Assembly: GCA_965215195.1 (NCBI GenBank)
Contig: CBDCDC010000002.1
Location: forward strand, 1,120,001-1,184,000
Length of the DNA: 64,000 nt
Source: Candidatus Latescibacterota bacterium
Lineage (GTDB): Bacteria; Latescibacterota; UBA2968; UBA8231
Direction of reading: 5' to 3'
Both the position numbers and the translations under genes were made by a program. The notes under the pieces are model-generated. The model saw nothing but the letters and a program-made list of their open reading frames with translations, was not told the DNA's origin and ran no database searches. Of the stretch, positions 18,260 through 27,789 are shown one piece after another (the stretch's first letter is position 1; the number at the start of each line of letters is the position of its first letter).

Positions 18260-20617
18260 ATGAAAACTTTACCGCTAGCAGTTGCTTCCCTCCTGCTCGC
18301 GGCCGCGGCGAGCGGCCAGAACCTGCGCTTTGCCGGGTCCGACTTTGCTTCTTGGGCCTATCCGCCGGGGCTAGTCGAGGTCTTGCCGCAGGGCATTCAA
18401 GTGAAGCACTTTGAGCAGCGGTTCAACGCGGTGGCCAACGCCCGCGAGTTTTCCGCCAAGGCCATTGGCGAATACGGGCAGCGCTTCGCGCGCACGCCGT
18501 CCAACCAGCAGCAGGCCGACCTAGCCGGCGACCAAGACCCAAACACTTGGTGGCAACCCGACCCGGACACCCCGGTGCAGTCGTGGTGGCTGGAGATAGA
18601 TTTGGGGCGCACCGTGGTGGCCGACAAGGTGCGCGTCCGCTTTCCCAACCGCGAGGGGGCCAAGCCCTTTAACTTTTTCTCGCTGTACGTCAGTCCGGGC
18701 ATTCCGGTTTTCGGCGGCCGGGCCAAGCGCATCGTCTATCGCCGGCTGGGCCGGCCGGTCAACAACAACACCGAGTCGCTAGTTGAGTTCGGCCTCGCGA
18801 CGACCGGCCTCTCTTCGGCCACGGGCGAGCACCTGAGCGCGAGCGAGGTCCTCGACTTCGACATCGTGCGCTTCGTGCGCTTTGAAGCGGCCGGCGCAAC
18901 GCCCGATGCCGCGCTCGCCGAAATAGAGGTGGACGGCATTGGCTTCAACCTCTCCTCCATGGTGCAGACCGAGGATCGCGCCGAGCACTGGGGAGGACGG
19001 ACGTGGACGTCCAAGGACCGCGACTGCGAGGGCTGCGGCAAGGGCAGCGGGGCCGAGGCCCTCATCGACCAAGACGTGGGATTTCGCGGGTGGAATATCG
19101 AGGCCTCAGACAAGGGCAACTGGCGCGATTCGGGCGTCTGGTCCGTCGTCGATTTTGGCAACGTCTTCCGCGTCGATCGCCTCATCTGGCTGCCAATTGT
19201 GTCGGGTAAAGGCCCTTTCCTCTACGGCTTCCAGCGCGACAAGCAGGGCAGTTGGCCCGACTTCGATTTCTTCGTCTCCGACGGCACTCCGAGCAACAGC
19301 GCCGACCCGGTCGTCGAAGGCCCCTTCCACTACGAATTGCTGTCGTCCGTGGCCAACTCCGGCCGCTATTTGTTCGACTTCGAGTTCGAGCCGCGCGCGC
19401 TGCGGCTGTTGTTGTGGCGTGTGACCCGGCCGCAGCAGTTCCACCGCGCCGTCCAACTCTTCGTCTTCCACAGCGAGGGCTATCCCGCGCAAGTCGAGCT
19501 GGAGTCCGAGGATATTTTCCTCGGCGGCGCTCGCAGCATGCGCTTCGTCGAATGGGACGCCGACCTGCCGCCCGGCACCCGCATCGAAGTGGAAACCCAG
19601 ACTGGAAATGGCTTCCAGACCATCAAGCGCTACTTCCTCGCCAACGGCAAGGAAGTGACCAAACAAGCCTACGAGGCCGCCAAGTCCCGCAACCGCGGCG
19701 ACATCGTCGAGGAACAGGTGCGCGACGACACCTGGAGCGCGTATAGCCAACCCCATCGGTTCTCCGGGCAGGCGTTTCTCTCGCCATCGCCGCGGCAGTG
19801 GCTGCGGGCGCGGGTGCGGCTCATCAGCGACGATCCCGCGGCCTTCCCCACCCTGCGAGCACTCGAGTTTGTGGCCAATGCGCCGGTCATCACGGCTGGG
19901 CTGACCGGCCGCGTCTTTCCCCGCGAAGCCGCCATGGACGCATTGCAGGCGTTTCGCTATACCATCGCGCCGGTGGCCTTCAACAGCCGAGACCCCGGGT
20001 TTGACCGCGCCCTCATCCTGCTCCCGCCCGGCCGCGGCCGCGATGCCGCATTCATCAGCGCATCCGTGGGGGGTGCCGAGGTCGCGGCCACTGGCCTGTT
20101 GCGCGGGGATTCGCTCGTGGTGGAGCTGCCGCCGCCGCTGGTGCGGCGGGATTCGCTCGCCATCGCCTTTTCCACGCGCCTGTCCCACAGCCCTACGGTC
20201 TTCAGCGCATTCGTCTTCAACTCGGCCAACGGCGATAACCTCCAAGGCGTCGTCCCGGCCGAGTTCGGCGCCGACTTGGTCTTCGTGCCCGAGGCGGTCG
20301 CTGGCGGCTCCTTGATCCGCAACGTCGAGCACACCCGCTCGCTAACCCCCAACGGCGATGGCGCAAACGACCACTGCGAACTGCAATTCACCGTGGTAAA
20401 GACCGAGCAAGCACCGCGAGTACAGGTCTTTACCCTAGCTGGTCGGCCCGTAGTCCAGCTCGCCAGCCAAGGCTTGCCCGGGCGGCGCGTTCGCTACGTC
20501 TGGGACGGACAAAGCGCCGGCCGCGCGGTGCCGCCCGGCATCTACGTCCTGCGCATTGCCATAGAAGCAGACGCCCGCGCCGATCGCGTTTACAGGCTTG
20601 TGCATGTTGCTTATTAA
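18260..20617 (+). CDS. Secreted double discoidin-like + FlgD-Ig/T9SS-CTD-like protein C (module copy 1)
   Basis: RBS GAGGGAG, ATG 18260, signal peptide; WLEIDLG, VVDFG; TPNGDGAND...WDG...PGIY...HVAY; paralog of 55030-57387. Confidence 0.75.
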   Translation: MKTLPLAVASLLLAAAASGQNLRFAGSDFASWAYPPGLVEVLPQGIQVKHFEQRFNAVANAREFSAKAIGEYGQRFARTPSNQQQADLAGDQDPNTWWQPDPDTPVQSWWLEIDLGRTVVADKVRVRFPNREGAKPFNFFSLYVSPGIPVFGGRAKRIVYRRLGRPVNNNTESLVEFGLATTGLSSATGEHLSASEVLDFDIVRFVRFEAAGATPDAALAEIEVDGIGFNLSSMVQTEDRAEHWGGRTWTSKDRDCEGCGKGSGAEALIDQDVGFRGWNIEASDKGNWRDSGVWSVVDFGNVFRVDRLIWLPIVSGKGPFLYGFQRDKQGSWPDFDFFVSDGTPSNSADPVVEGPFHYELLSSVANSGRYLFDFEFEPRALRLLLWRVTRPQQFHRAVQLFVFHSEGYPAQVELESEDIFLGGARSMRFVEWDADLPPGTRIEVETQTGNGFQTIKRYFLANGKEVTKQAYEAAKSRNRGDIVEEQVRDDTWSAYSQPHRFSGQAFLSPSPRQWLRARVRLISDDPAAFPTLRALEFVANAPVITAGLTGRVFPREAAMDALQAFRYTIAPVAFNSRDPGFDRALILLPPGRGRDAAFISASVGGAEVAATGLLRGDSLVVELPPPLVRRDSLAIAFSTRLSHSPTVFSAFVFNSANGDNLQGVVPAEFGADLVFVPEAVAGGSLIRNVEHTRSLTPNGDGANDHCELQFTVVKTEQAPRVQVFTLAGRPVVQLASQGLPGRRVRYVWDGQSAGRAVPPGIYVLRIAIEADARADRVYRLVHVAY

Positions 20618-20665
20618 GGTATCTGCGAAGGACGAGAAAACACGCGAGCGGTTATTGGACGACAA

Positions 20666-21595
20666 ATGATGCCTTATCGAATTACAAATGAAACAACACG
20701 CGATAAATCACATCTCCTTCAGTATTTTCGCGAGCGTGGAGGGGAAAAGCTGTCTGAGCTTCAACGAGAATTAGGAAGTGAAAATTATAAGGATATTGCA
20801 GGTAAAATAAATAAAGCATTGAGCGATATTTTACAGTCGTTTCTGGAAGTCGTCACAAGTACGGCGGAAGCGGAAAAATGGACTAGTGAAGACAGGTTGC
20901 GTTGCGTTCTCACCTCTACCTACTGTGCCCAAGTTGCAATGATCGATTTGCGAAATCGAGTTTGGCCCTACGAATATATGGCATTCTCTCGCAGAGTTGG
21001 TGAACTATGGGAGCGTTTTGTTCGCATTCCATTTTCTTATTCTGTAAAGACCGTCAAGCCATTCGCGCCTCCTCTCTTTTCAGAGGTTAGGTCAAATCTG
21101 CGAAAAGAGATTGAGGAGTACATCGCCGTTCTTGAGCTCGCACTCGACCGAAAAGCGGAACTTCTTGAATACTACAAAAAGGTTTGGATTTTAGTCGATT
21201 CAGGAGAAATCAATCTCCAGCTTGATTTCCATGCCGAGATTGATGGGAAAAAGGTGAATATTGATTTCAAGAGTGGTTTTGGATCAAATGAGAAGGGAAA
21301 TACAAATAGGTTGTTAATGGTCGCAACTATCTATCGAAATATCGGGGATGATTACGAGAATGTTCTTCTCGTCCGAGCACGAGAAAACCAAAACAATCAC
21401 TATTTTCAGATATTGAAGGGTTCTGGAGTATGGGAAGCTTACTGTGGCGAAGATGCCTATAGTAAGGTTAGTGATTATACCGGATTTGACCTGCGTGATT
21501 GGGTCACTATCAATATTAATTGGGCAGAGGATTTGCTTCCCGATACTACGAATTATTTTACGATCAATAACCTGTTGGGATATTTAGAATGGTAG
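20666..21595 (+). CDS. Putative type II restriction endonuclease (PD-(D/E)xK-like)
   Basis: G.LWE...LDF...IDFKSG motif; overlaps the methyltransferase gene; AT-richer than flanks. Confidence 0.65.
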   Translation: MMPYRITNETTRDKSHLLQYFRERGGEKLSELQRELGSENYKDIAGKINKALSDILQSFLEVVTSTAEAEKWTSEDRLRCVLTSTYCAQVAMIDLRNRVWPYEYMAFSRRVGELWERFVRIPFSYSVKTVKPFAPPLFSEVRSNLRKEIEEYIAVLELALDRKAELLEYYKKVWILVDSGEINLQLDFHAEIDGKKVNIDFKSGFGSNEKGNTNRLLMVATIYRNIGDDYENVLLVRARENQNNHYFQILKGSGVWEAYCGEDAYSKVSDYTGFDLRDWVTININWAEDLLPDTTNYFTINNLLGYLEW

Positions 21596-23145
21596 TTCGA
21601 GAAAAGCATAAAGATCCATACCGAGCGTTTTTCACCGCTGACGAGATATTAGGTGGATATATGGCCAGCCTTTTGTATTTGGTTGAAAATGATACCGTAT
21701 TTGAACCGGCTGCCGGTGACGGGCACCTAATCGAAGCGATTCAGAAGGTAAACTCCCATTTGTGTATAACTGCGTATGAACTTCATCCCAATCAGATTTC
21801 CAACTTACGCAAGAAGTTCTCTAAAGACCCTACGGTGCATGTGGTCAAAGGAGATACCTTACTTTGTCCAGATCTCGATATGCGCGAGAACTTTGGACCG
21901 CGCTTCAGCAAAATTATTGCAAATCCGCCATACGGAGGTTGGCAAGAGTACGAGCGTAGAGCTGATTTGAAGAAGCGTTTCCGAGGTTTCTACGTCCGCG
22001 AGACTTATACTCTTTTTCTTCTCAGATGTTTGCGTTTATTAGCAGAAGATGGAACGCTGGTTTTTATCGTGCCAAATACATTCCTCTATCTCCACCTCCA
22101 CGCACCTTTGAGAGAGTATATTATCAGAGAATTTTCTATTGAAACGATAGATGTATTCAAGTCTTCTTTATTTCCGGGTATTTCCTTTGGATATGCTGAC
22201 CTTTGTATAATTTCAATCTCCCGTAAGAAGGCCAAATCACATCACTCTTTCCGGCTCAGGATAGTTGATGAAATAAACGAATTTGCCTCGCCTCTTGATC
22301 GCGAACCGAACTCTGCTTTCATTTTACAAAAAGATGTGCTGAGAACGTACAATTACGCGATCCCTGTTTCTCCCGGACATGTCATTCTAGAAGAATCATC
22401 TGAGGAAAAATTAACAATGTCTGATATCGCTCACTGCGCGACGGGTTTTTACTCGGGTAACGACAAATACTTTTTGAGACGGGCTTCTACTTTGGTCTCG
22501 CGGTCCCGCGGTTATCAGATTGCCGATCCGAACTTGATCGAGAGTCATCCTGAAGGTGTTCCTAACATTTTGAACGGGCTTACTGGAAACCGCACTTTTA
22601 TACCTATCCTCAAGGGTGGAGGCTATCAATTTTTGAAGCCAACTATGTGGTTTGTGAACTGGAGTGAACGCTGTGTTGCTCATTACAAATCGGATCGGAA
22701 AGCAAGATTTCAGAATTCCTCGTATTACTTTAAAAGAGGAATTGGTTTCCCGATGGTCACTTCTACGAAACCAACGGCATCACTTATTCAAGAATCACTA
22801 TTTGACCAATCGATCGTCGGCATTTTTCCAAAGAAAATCAAACTGGAATTTCTGTTAGCCTATTGCAATTCTAATCCCTTTTGGGCTTGTCTAAAAACTA
22901 TCAATCCTTCCGCAAACAACTCCGCAAAATATATTTTGCGGACGCCCGTAGTTCGTCCGGAACCCGACGAGGAAGAAGCGATTGCAAGACGGACTGGCGA
23001 ATTACTCGATCTGCTCAAGACCGGAAAAAAGAGGACAGAAACGCTACAGTCTGAGATTCTGGCCTCCATTTACAAGTACATAAAAAGGAAAGAGGCGAAC
23101 AAGACTCTGGATCCAACTGTCCTCCGCGCTGTGGCTCAACTTTGA
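21589..23145 (+). CDS. N6-adenine DNA methyltransferase (gamma class, TaqI/Eco57I-like)
   Basis: FFT, FEPAAGDG (motif I), IIANPPY (motif IV), C-terminal target-recognition region. Confidence 0.9.
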   Translation: MVVREKHKDPYRAFFTADEILGGYMASLLYLVENDTVFEPAAGDGHLIEAIQKVNSHLCITAYELHPNQISNLRKKFSKDPTVHVVKGDTLLCPDLDMRENFGPRFSKIIANPPYGGWQEYERRADLKKRFRGFYVRETYTLFLLRCLRLLAEDGTLVFIVPNTFLYLHLHAPLREYIIREFSIETIDVFKSSLFPGISFGYADLCIISISRKKAKSHHSFRLRIVDEINEFASPLDREPNSAFILQKDVLRTYNYAIPVSPGHVILEESSEEKLTMSDIAHCATGFYSGNDKYFLRRASTLVSRSRGYQIADPNLIESHPEGVPNILNGLTGNRTFIPILKGGGYQFLKPTMWFVNWSERCVAHYKSDRKARFQNSSYYFKRGIGFPMVTSTKPTASLIQESLFDQSIVGIFPKKIKLEFLLAYCNSNPFWACLKTINPSANNSAKYILRTPVVRPEPDEEEAIARRTGELLDLLKTGKKRTETLQSEILASIYKYIKRKEANKTLDPTVLRAVAQL

Positions 23146-23153
23146 TGTTGGTC
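23094..23153 (+). other. attC-like (integron cassette) site
   Basis: GGCGAAC-AAGACTCTGGATCCAAC...TGTGGCTCAACTTTGAT-GTTGGTC: AAC...GTT ends and imperfect inner palindrome, 60 bp, at the end of an AT-rich two-gene insert. Confidence 0.5.
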
Positions 23154-23171
23154 AGAACAGCAAACTGGTGC

Positions 23172-23198
23172 ATAGGGTGGGTTTGCAATCTCCCCTAC
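23172..23198. repeat. Degenerate GTAG-type REP-like palindrome
   Basis: ATAGGGTGGGTTTGCAATCTCCCCTAC, similar to 13458-13485. Confidence 0.5.
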
Positions 23199-23292
23199 AA
23201 ATCTCATTTCCATCACGCAACCCGATCAAAGAAAGCCATTCCGTGAGACTTCGCATTCTCCTCCTAACTCGCTTATTAAGAGGGAGCGCACC

Positions 23293-25938
23293 GTGAGACG
23301 TCGAATTTTCGCACTGCTAATTTTTCCATTCGCCTATACGCCGCCGCAAGAGGCGAGCGCCCAACGCGCCACCGGGTACGACAACCCCTATTACGCAACG
23401 GGCACTGAAGTTTCTCCGGCGACCCTCGTGCCCTCGGTGCGCAAGTGGTATCTGCCGCAGCGGCTGTACTCGCTGTACGATTGGCGGCAAGAGCAATACT
23501 CCAACTACGCCCGCGACCACTACGAGCGCTACACCGAGGTCTTCTTGGAAGGCTCGCCGTTCTACGACGTGTACGGCGATTACATCACGCAGGGCTGGCT
23601 GGTGTACGACTGGACCGAAGACTACCCAGAAGACAACGGCAGCATCATCACCAAAAATCCGCGCTTTCGTTCGTGGTTCAACAACCTGCTCGTATCGTCG
23701 AGCCATTCCGGGCAGTTCCACTCGGCCCTGATGGTCGGCGACGGCATCCGCACGACCCTGACCCCCCTGACGTTTTCCAAGCCGCGCTTCGACGGCATTC
23801 AGTGGGACCTTATGACCGACAAGTACGCCCTGACCATGCTGTCGTCGCGGGTCAGCAACACCGGGGAAATTGCCGCCAGCGAAGTCGGGGGCGGCGTCCA
23901 GGCCAATACCTTCACCGCCCTGATGGCCGCCAAGGGGCGGGTGCAGGTCGGGGATTTTGCCGCCCTCGGCGCGACCTTTGTCAATGCGGCGCATCGCAAT
24001 TCCAACCTGCCTTTTGGCGACAACTCGCTCAGCGGCCTGCTCAGCGGCCCCATGAACGCGGACTTTGTGCGCTCCATCGTGGTGCGCATTTCCGACGATT
24101 CGCCCGAAGATGGCGAGGGCGGCGCACTATTGTCGCGCTGGCGCATCTTCATCGACGGCGTCGAACACTCCAGAGACATCGTCCCGGTGGTCGAGGGCGG
24201 CATTCGCCGCGGCGGCGCGATTGTGGCCAGCGGCACGGACGTCATCACCCTGACGTACAACATCGAGGACTTCTCCCCGAGCACGGACGACGCCATCGAC
24301 GATTTCCGCGAGATCGAGCGCATTGAGATCGGCCTCGTGCTGGCCAACGACTACAAGGTCGAAGTGACCTCCAACAAGCAGACCAACAACCTCGGCACCC
24401 CCGTATTCCTGCCGGTGTTGCGCGCGGCCGGCAATGTCAAGGACGGCTCAAATCAGGCCTTTCACCGCTTCAGCTACGGCCTGCCCACCGGGACCCGCAT
24501 GTTGGGCTTCGACCTCGCCATTGCCGACCTGCAAGGCTTTGACTTGCGCGGCGAGTTCGTCCGCAACTTTCAGTACCGCCGCTTTCCCAACGAGAATATG
24601 GCCAAGGACCAGACGCTGGCGACCAACGAGGCCCAAGCCCTGTACGCGACCGCCCAGCAAAGCAACTATCCCTATACGTTTTTCGCCGAGGTGTTCAGCA
24701 TTGACGCGGATTACTCCACCCGCGCCTTCATCCCCAATGCCGAGGGGCAGGTGTTTTACGACAACGAGCAGCGGCACCTGTACGAATTCGTCGATGACAA
24801 CGACGATCAGGACGAGCTGCCGGATTGGACGCGGCGCACGTTTGGCAGCCGCGTCAACACGCGGCAGGGGCAGCAGTTGCTGACCGACGCCGCAGTCTTC
24901 CCGGGCATTGACGAGGACAACGACGACATTTCGGATTTCAATCGGAACTTCAATACCCAGCCCGACTACGCCGAGCCGTTTCTGCGCTTTGACGTGGATC
25001 CGCCGGAGTTTTTGTTCGGCATGGACATGAACAGCAACGGCGTCATCGACCGCTTTGAGGACGACGGAGAAGCCGATTACCCCTACAAGCTAGGCCGCCG
25101 GGGATTCAATACCTATGCGGCCGTCGAGCTCTTGCCGCGCACGACTGTCATGGTCGGCTATCTCGACCAGCGCCTGCTAGAGACGGCGCGGGAAAACCAA
25201 GCCGCTTACCTGCTCCTGACCGCGAAAAAGGAGTTTCCCGCAAGGGACTTCAGCGCGTGGCTGATTGCCAATCCGCGCAAGGTTCGAGACGACATTCCCG
25301 ACGACGTGCTGTTGTGGCGCGACCTGCCCGGCACGCGCGGCCGCTCGGTTTTCACGCGCGACCTCCTGCCCGCACGCGACGCGTTCGTCAACACCACGTA
25401 CCTCGAAGTACACTACGACCGCTACCTGCCCTTGACGGCCAAGGTCAAACACGAATTCTATCGGCAATTGGGCGATCAGAAAGGCGAGTTGCGCGACCAG
25501 AGCTTCTGGGGCATGGTGGTCAAAGGCGAGTACTCCACCCACATTCGCGGCTGGGCCGTGGTGCCCAAGTGGAAACAACTTTACAACAGCCGGGTGCCGG
25601 CCCAGCGCAGTGCGCTCAAAATCCGCGAGTTAACGGAAATTTTCTCCCTGCAAGCCGTGCGCCGCATCAACCGCAACATGCGCTTCATCGCCGGGGCCGA
25701 GTGCGAGCTGTTCAACAATCTCCGCCCCGCGCCCGACCCTCTGCCCTCGGGCTACCTCCTCGACGGCACGACGTGGGTGCTCGCTGGCCAAGTCGCCAAC
25801 GACTCCGCGTACTTGGGTTACGCCCTGACGGCAAATGTCGGTGCGCGCTGGATTCGCCGAGACCTCGACGGGTCGCCAGCTTCGTCCGAGCTGTTGTCCT
25901 TTATCACAGTGTACGCGGGCTTGGGTACGGACCGCTAG
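23293..25938 (+). CDS. Large secreted / probable outer-membrane beta-barrel protein with Asp-rich Ca-binding-like loops (module copy 1, gene 6)
   Basis: Signal peptide; amphipathic beta-strand patterns; DDNDDQDELPD, DEDNDDISD, DMNSNGVID; close paralog of 52338-55004. Confidence 0.65.
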   Translation: MRRRIFALLIFPFAYTPPQEASAQRATGYDNPYYATGTEVSPATLVPSVRKWYLPQRLYSLYDWRQEQYSNYARDHYERYTEVFLEGSPFYDVYGDYITQGWLVYDWTEDYPEDNGSIITKNPRFRSWFNNLLVSSSHSGQFHSALMVGDGIRTTLTPLTFSKPRFDGIQWDLMTDKYALTMLSSRVSNTGEIAASEVGGGVQANTFTALMAAKGRVQVGDFAALGATFVNAAHRNSNLPFGDNSLSGLLSGPMNADFVRSIVVRISDDSPEDGEGGALLSRWRIFIDGVEHSRDIVPVVEGGIRRGGAIVASGTDVITLTYNIEDFSPSTDDAIDDFREIERIEIGLVLANDYKVEVTSNKQTNNLGTPVFLPVLRAAGNVKDGSNQAFHRFSYGLPTGTRMLGFDLAIADLQGFDLRGEFVRNFQYRRFPNENMAKDQTLATNEAQALYATAQQSNYPYTFFAEVFSIDADYSTRAFIPNAEGQVFYDNEQRHLYEFVDDNDDQDELPDWTRRTFGSRVNTRQGQQLLTDAAVFPGIDEDNDDISDFNRNFNTQPDYAEPFLRFDVDPPEFLFGMDMNSNGVIDRFEDDGEADYPYKLGRRGFNTYAAVELLPRTTVMVGYLDQRLLETARENQAAYLLLTAKKEFPARDFSAWLIANPRKVRDDIPDDVLLWRDLPGTRGRSVFTRDLLPARDAFVNTTYLEVHYDRYLPLTAKVKHEFYRQLGDQKGELRDQSFWGMVVKGEYSTHIRGWAVVPKWKQLYNSRVPAQRSALKIRELTEIFSLQAVRRINRNMRFIAGAECELFNNLRPAPDPLPSGYLLDGTTWVLAGQVANDSAYLGYALTANVGARWIRRDLDGSPASSELLSFITVYAGLGTDR

Positions 25939-25984
25939 CTTCAAGCAACTTTCCACATCAATGTGATTGGCGAAAGGAACTGAT

Positions 25985-26887
25985 ATGCTCGACAACGTAA
26001 TCGTCCGTCTCGTGATCCATTATGTCGCTACATTCATTTTTTTTCTCGGCCTTTGGCAGTTGTTTCCAGATATATCCATTTATATGGCCGAAGAACAGGC
26101 CCGTTCCCGAGCAACTGTTTTGTCGTCCCAGCAATTTGCAACAGATCCGAGACAGACCATTGAAGAAAGTAGTATTTTCCATCCCAAAACGTTTGTGCCG
26201 GTTTCGATATCCCTGCTGTTTTCGTTTCTCTTTGCCCTGCCTGTTACTTGGGTGTACCGCTGGACGCGGCCGCGCAAGAAATACGACCAAGCCTTTGCCC
26301 ATACCCTCCTCGTCGTGCCCATTGCGATTGCCCTCGTGGTGTTCTTAGTCAAGGGCAGTCTCGCGCTCGCCTTCAGTCTCGCGGGCATTGTCGCCGCGGT
26401 CCGCTTCCGCACGTCATTGAACGACCCCATGGATGCTACCTACATGTTTATCGTCATTGGCATCGGGCTATCGGCCGGGGTCCAGCTTGGTTCAGTGGCC
26501 GTTCTGGCATCAGTGGCTTTTAATGCCGTTGCGCTGGCCATCTGGCGCATGAACTACGGCGCACAGCCTGCCACACTATCCGGGTTTCGGCTGGTGCGTC
26601 CGGCCAAAGAGCGGTCGTTGCCCACGTCGGCAAAGGCGAGTAAGGCTACTGCCAAGCTCCGCGTCCACACAGCGCAAGTTGAGGCGGCCCAGCAGGCTGC
26701 TGTTGCGCTCTTGGCAACTTATGCCAAGCAGTGGCAGCAGGTGGGGATTGTCCAACAGGAAGACGGCCCGACGATCATTGAGTTTGATGTGCGGCTGAAG
26801 AAATCCACGGATCCGACCGCCTTTATCAGGCAGCTTGAAGAAGGCGCAGAAAGCCATATCAGCACCGTGGAGCTAAAAGAATTGTGA
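25985..26887 (+). CDS. DUF4956-like membrane protein
   Basis: VKGSLALAFSLAGIVAAVRFR...D..Y.F..IGIGL..G motif, plus C-terminal ACT-like region. Confidence 0.8.
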   Translation: MLDNVIVRLVIHYVATFIFFLGLWQLFPDISIYMAEEQARSRATVLSSQQFATDPRQTIEESSIFHPKTFVPVSISLLFSFLFALPVTWVYRWTRPRKKYDQAFAHTLLVVPIAIALVVFLVKGSLALAFSLAGIVAAVRFRTSLNDPMDATYMFIVIGIGLSAGVQLGSVAVLASVAFNAVALAIWRMNYGAQPATLSGFRLVRPAKERSLPTSAKASKATAKLRVHTAQVEAAQQAAVALLATYAKQWQQVGIVQQEDGPTIIEFDVRLKKSTDPTAFIRQLEEGAESHISTVELKEL

Positions 26888-27789
26888 GTACCGCGAGCCA
26901 TAAGCTCCTGTTGGGATTTTTGGGCTTCAGCGTTTTGATTTTTGCCGCGGCCGCGCTCGTGCGGGAGGACGCGACCTATGCTGCGGACCATTCAGCCAGC
27001 CTCACCTTCCCCCTCGCGAGTTACGACCTCAAAAAACCAGCGCGGCGTTTTAAGCTGCCCAAGCAGTGGCGGGAGATTTCCGGCTTGACCGTGCTCGCAG
27101 AGAACCGAATCCTCGCGCACGATGACGAAAGGGGCGTGGTATGCGAGATCGATTATCGCGCTGGGACGATTGTAAAGGCGTTCGCACTCAGCGATCGGCG
27201 CAATCCGGTCGCCGACGATTTTGAAGGCATTGCGGCGGCGGAAGGCCGCCTGTACCTCGTCTCGAGTGCCGGGCGATTATACGAGTTTGGCGAAGGGGCC
27301 GACCAAGAAACCGTTCTCTACAATCTGTACACAACCGGCATTGGACGAGACCACGAAATAGAGGGACTCGCCTACGACCCGGACCAACGGGTGCTGTTGC
27401 TGGTCAGCAAAAACCCTAGGAATCCTCAGTTAGCCGACCACATAGCGATATACCGCTGGTCCCTCGATACCAAGCAGCTCGTCGAAGATGGCCGCATCCT
27501 CATACCGGTCGCCGAGCTTGCACACCGCATTGACCGCAAACAATTCCAACCTTCGGGCATTGAGCGACACCCGCTCTCGGGAAACTACTTTGTCGTCGCC
27601 GCCCGCCAGCGCGCCATTGCCGAGATTACCCCGCAGGGACAGGTCCTCGCCGTCGCCAAGTTGGCGGCCGATCGACATCCACAGGCCGAGGGCATCGCGT
27701 TTACTGCCGACAATACCCTAATCATATCCGACGAAGGGGCGAACAAGCGTGCGACCCTGACTTTTTACCCGGTTGCAAAGGGCCGGTAA
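26884..27789 (+). CDS. SdiA-regulated/YjiK-like beta-propeller protein
   Basis: Repeated EISGL, DFEGI, EIEGLAYD, PSGI, QAEGIAF...ISDEG blades; N-terminal signal/anchor. Confidence 0.8.
   Translation: MSTASHKLLLGFLGFSVLIFAAAALVREDATYAADHSASLTFPLASYDLKKPARRFKLPKQWREISGLTVLAENRILAHDDERGVVCEIDYRAGTIVKAFALSDRRNPVADDFEGIAAAEGRLYLVSSAGRLYEFGEGADQETVLYNLYTTGIGRDHEIEGLAYDPDQRVLLLVSKNPRNPQLADHIAIYRWSLDTKQLVEDGRILIPVAELAHRIDRKQFQPSGIERHPLSGNYFVVAARQRAIAEITPQGQVLAVAKLAADRHPQAEGIAFTADNTLIISDEGANKRATLTFYPVAKGR

Noticed and set aside
19106-20332. Long antisense ORFs (also 30356-31153, 34213-35127, 37156-38148, 53178-54149, 62448-63236)
   Set aside because: Shadow frames of GC-rich genes with no recognisable motifs.
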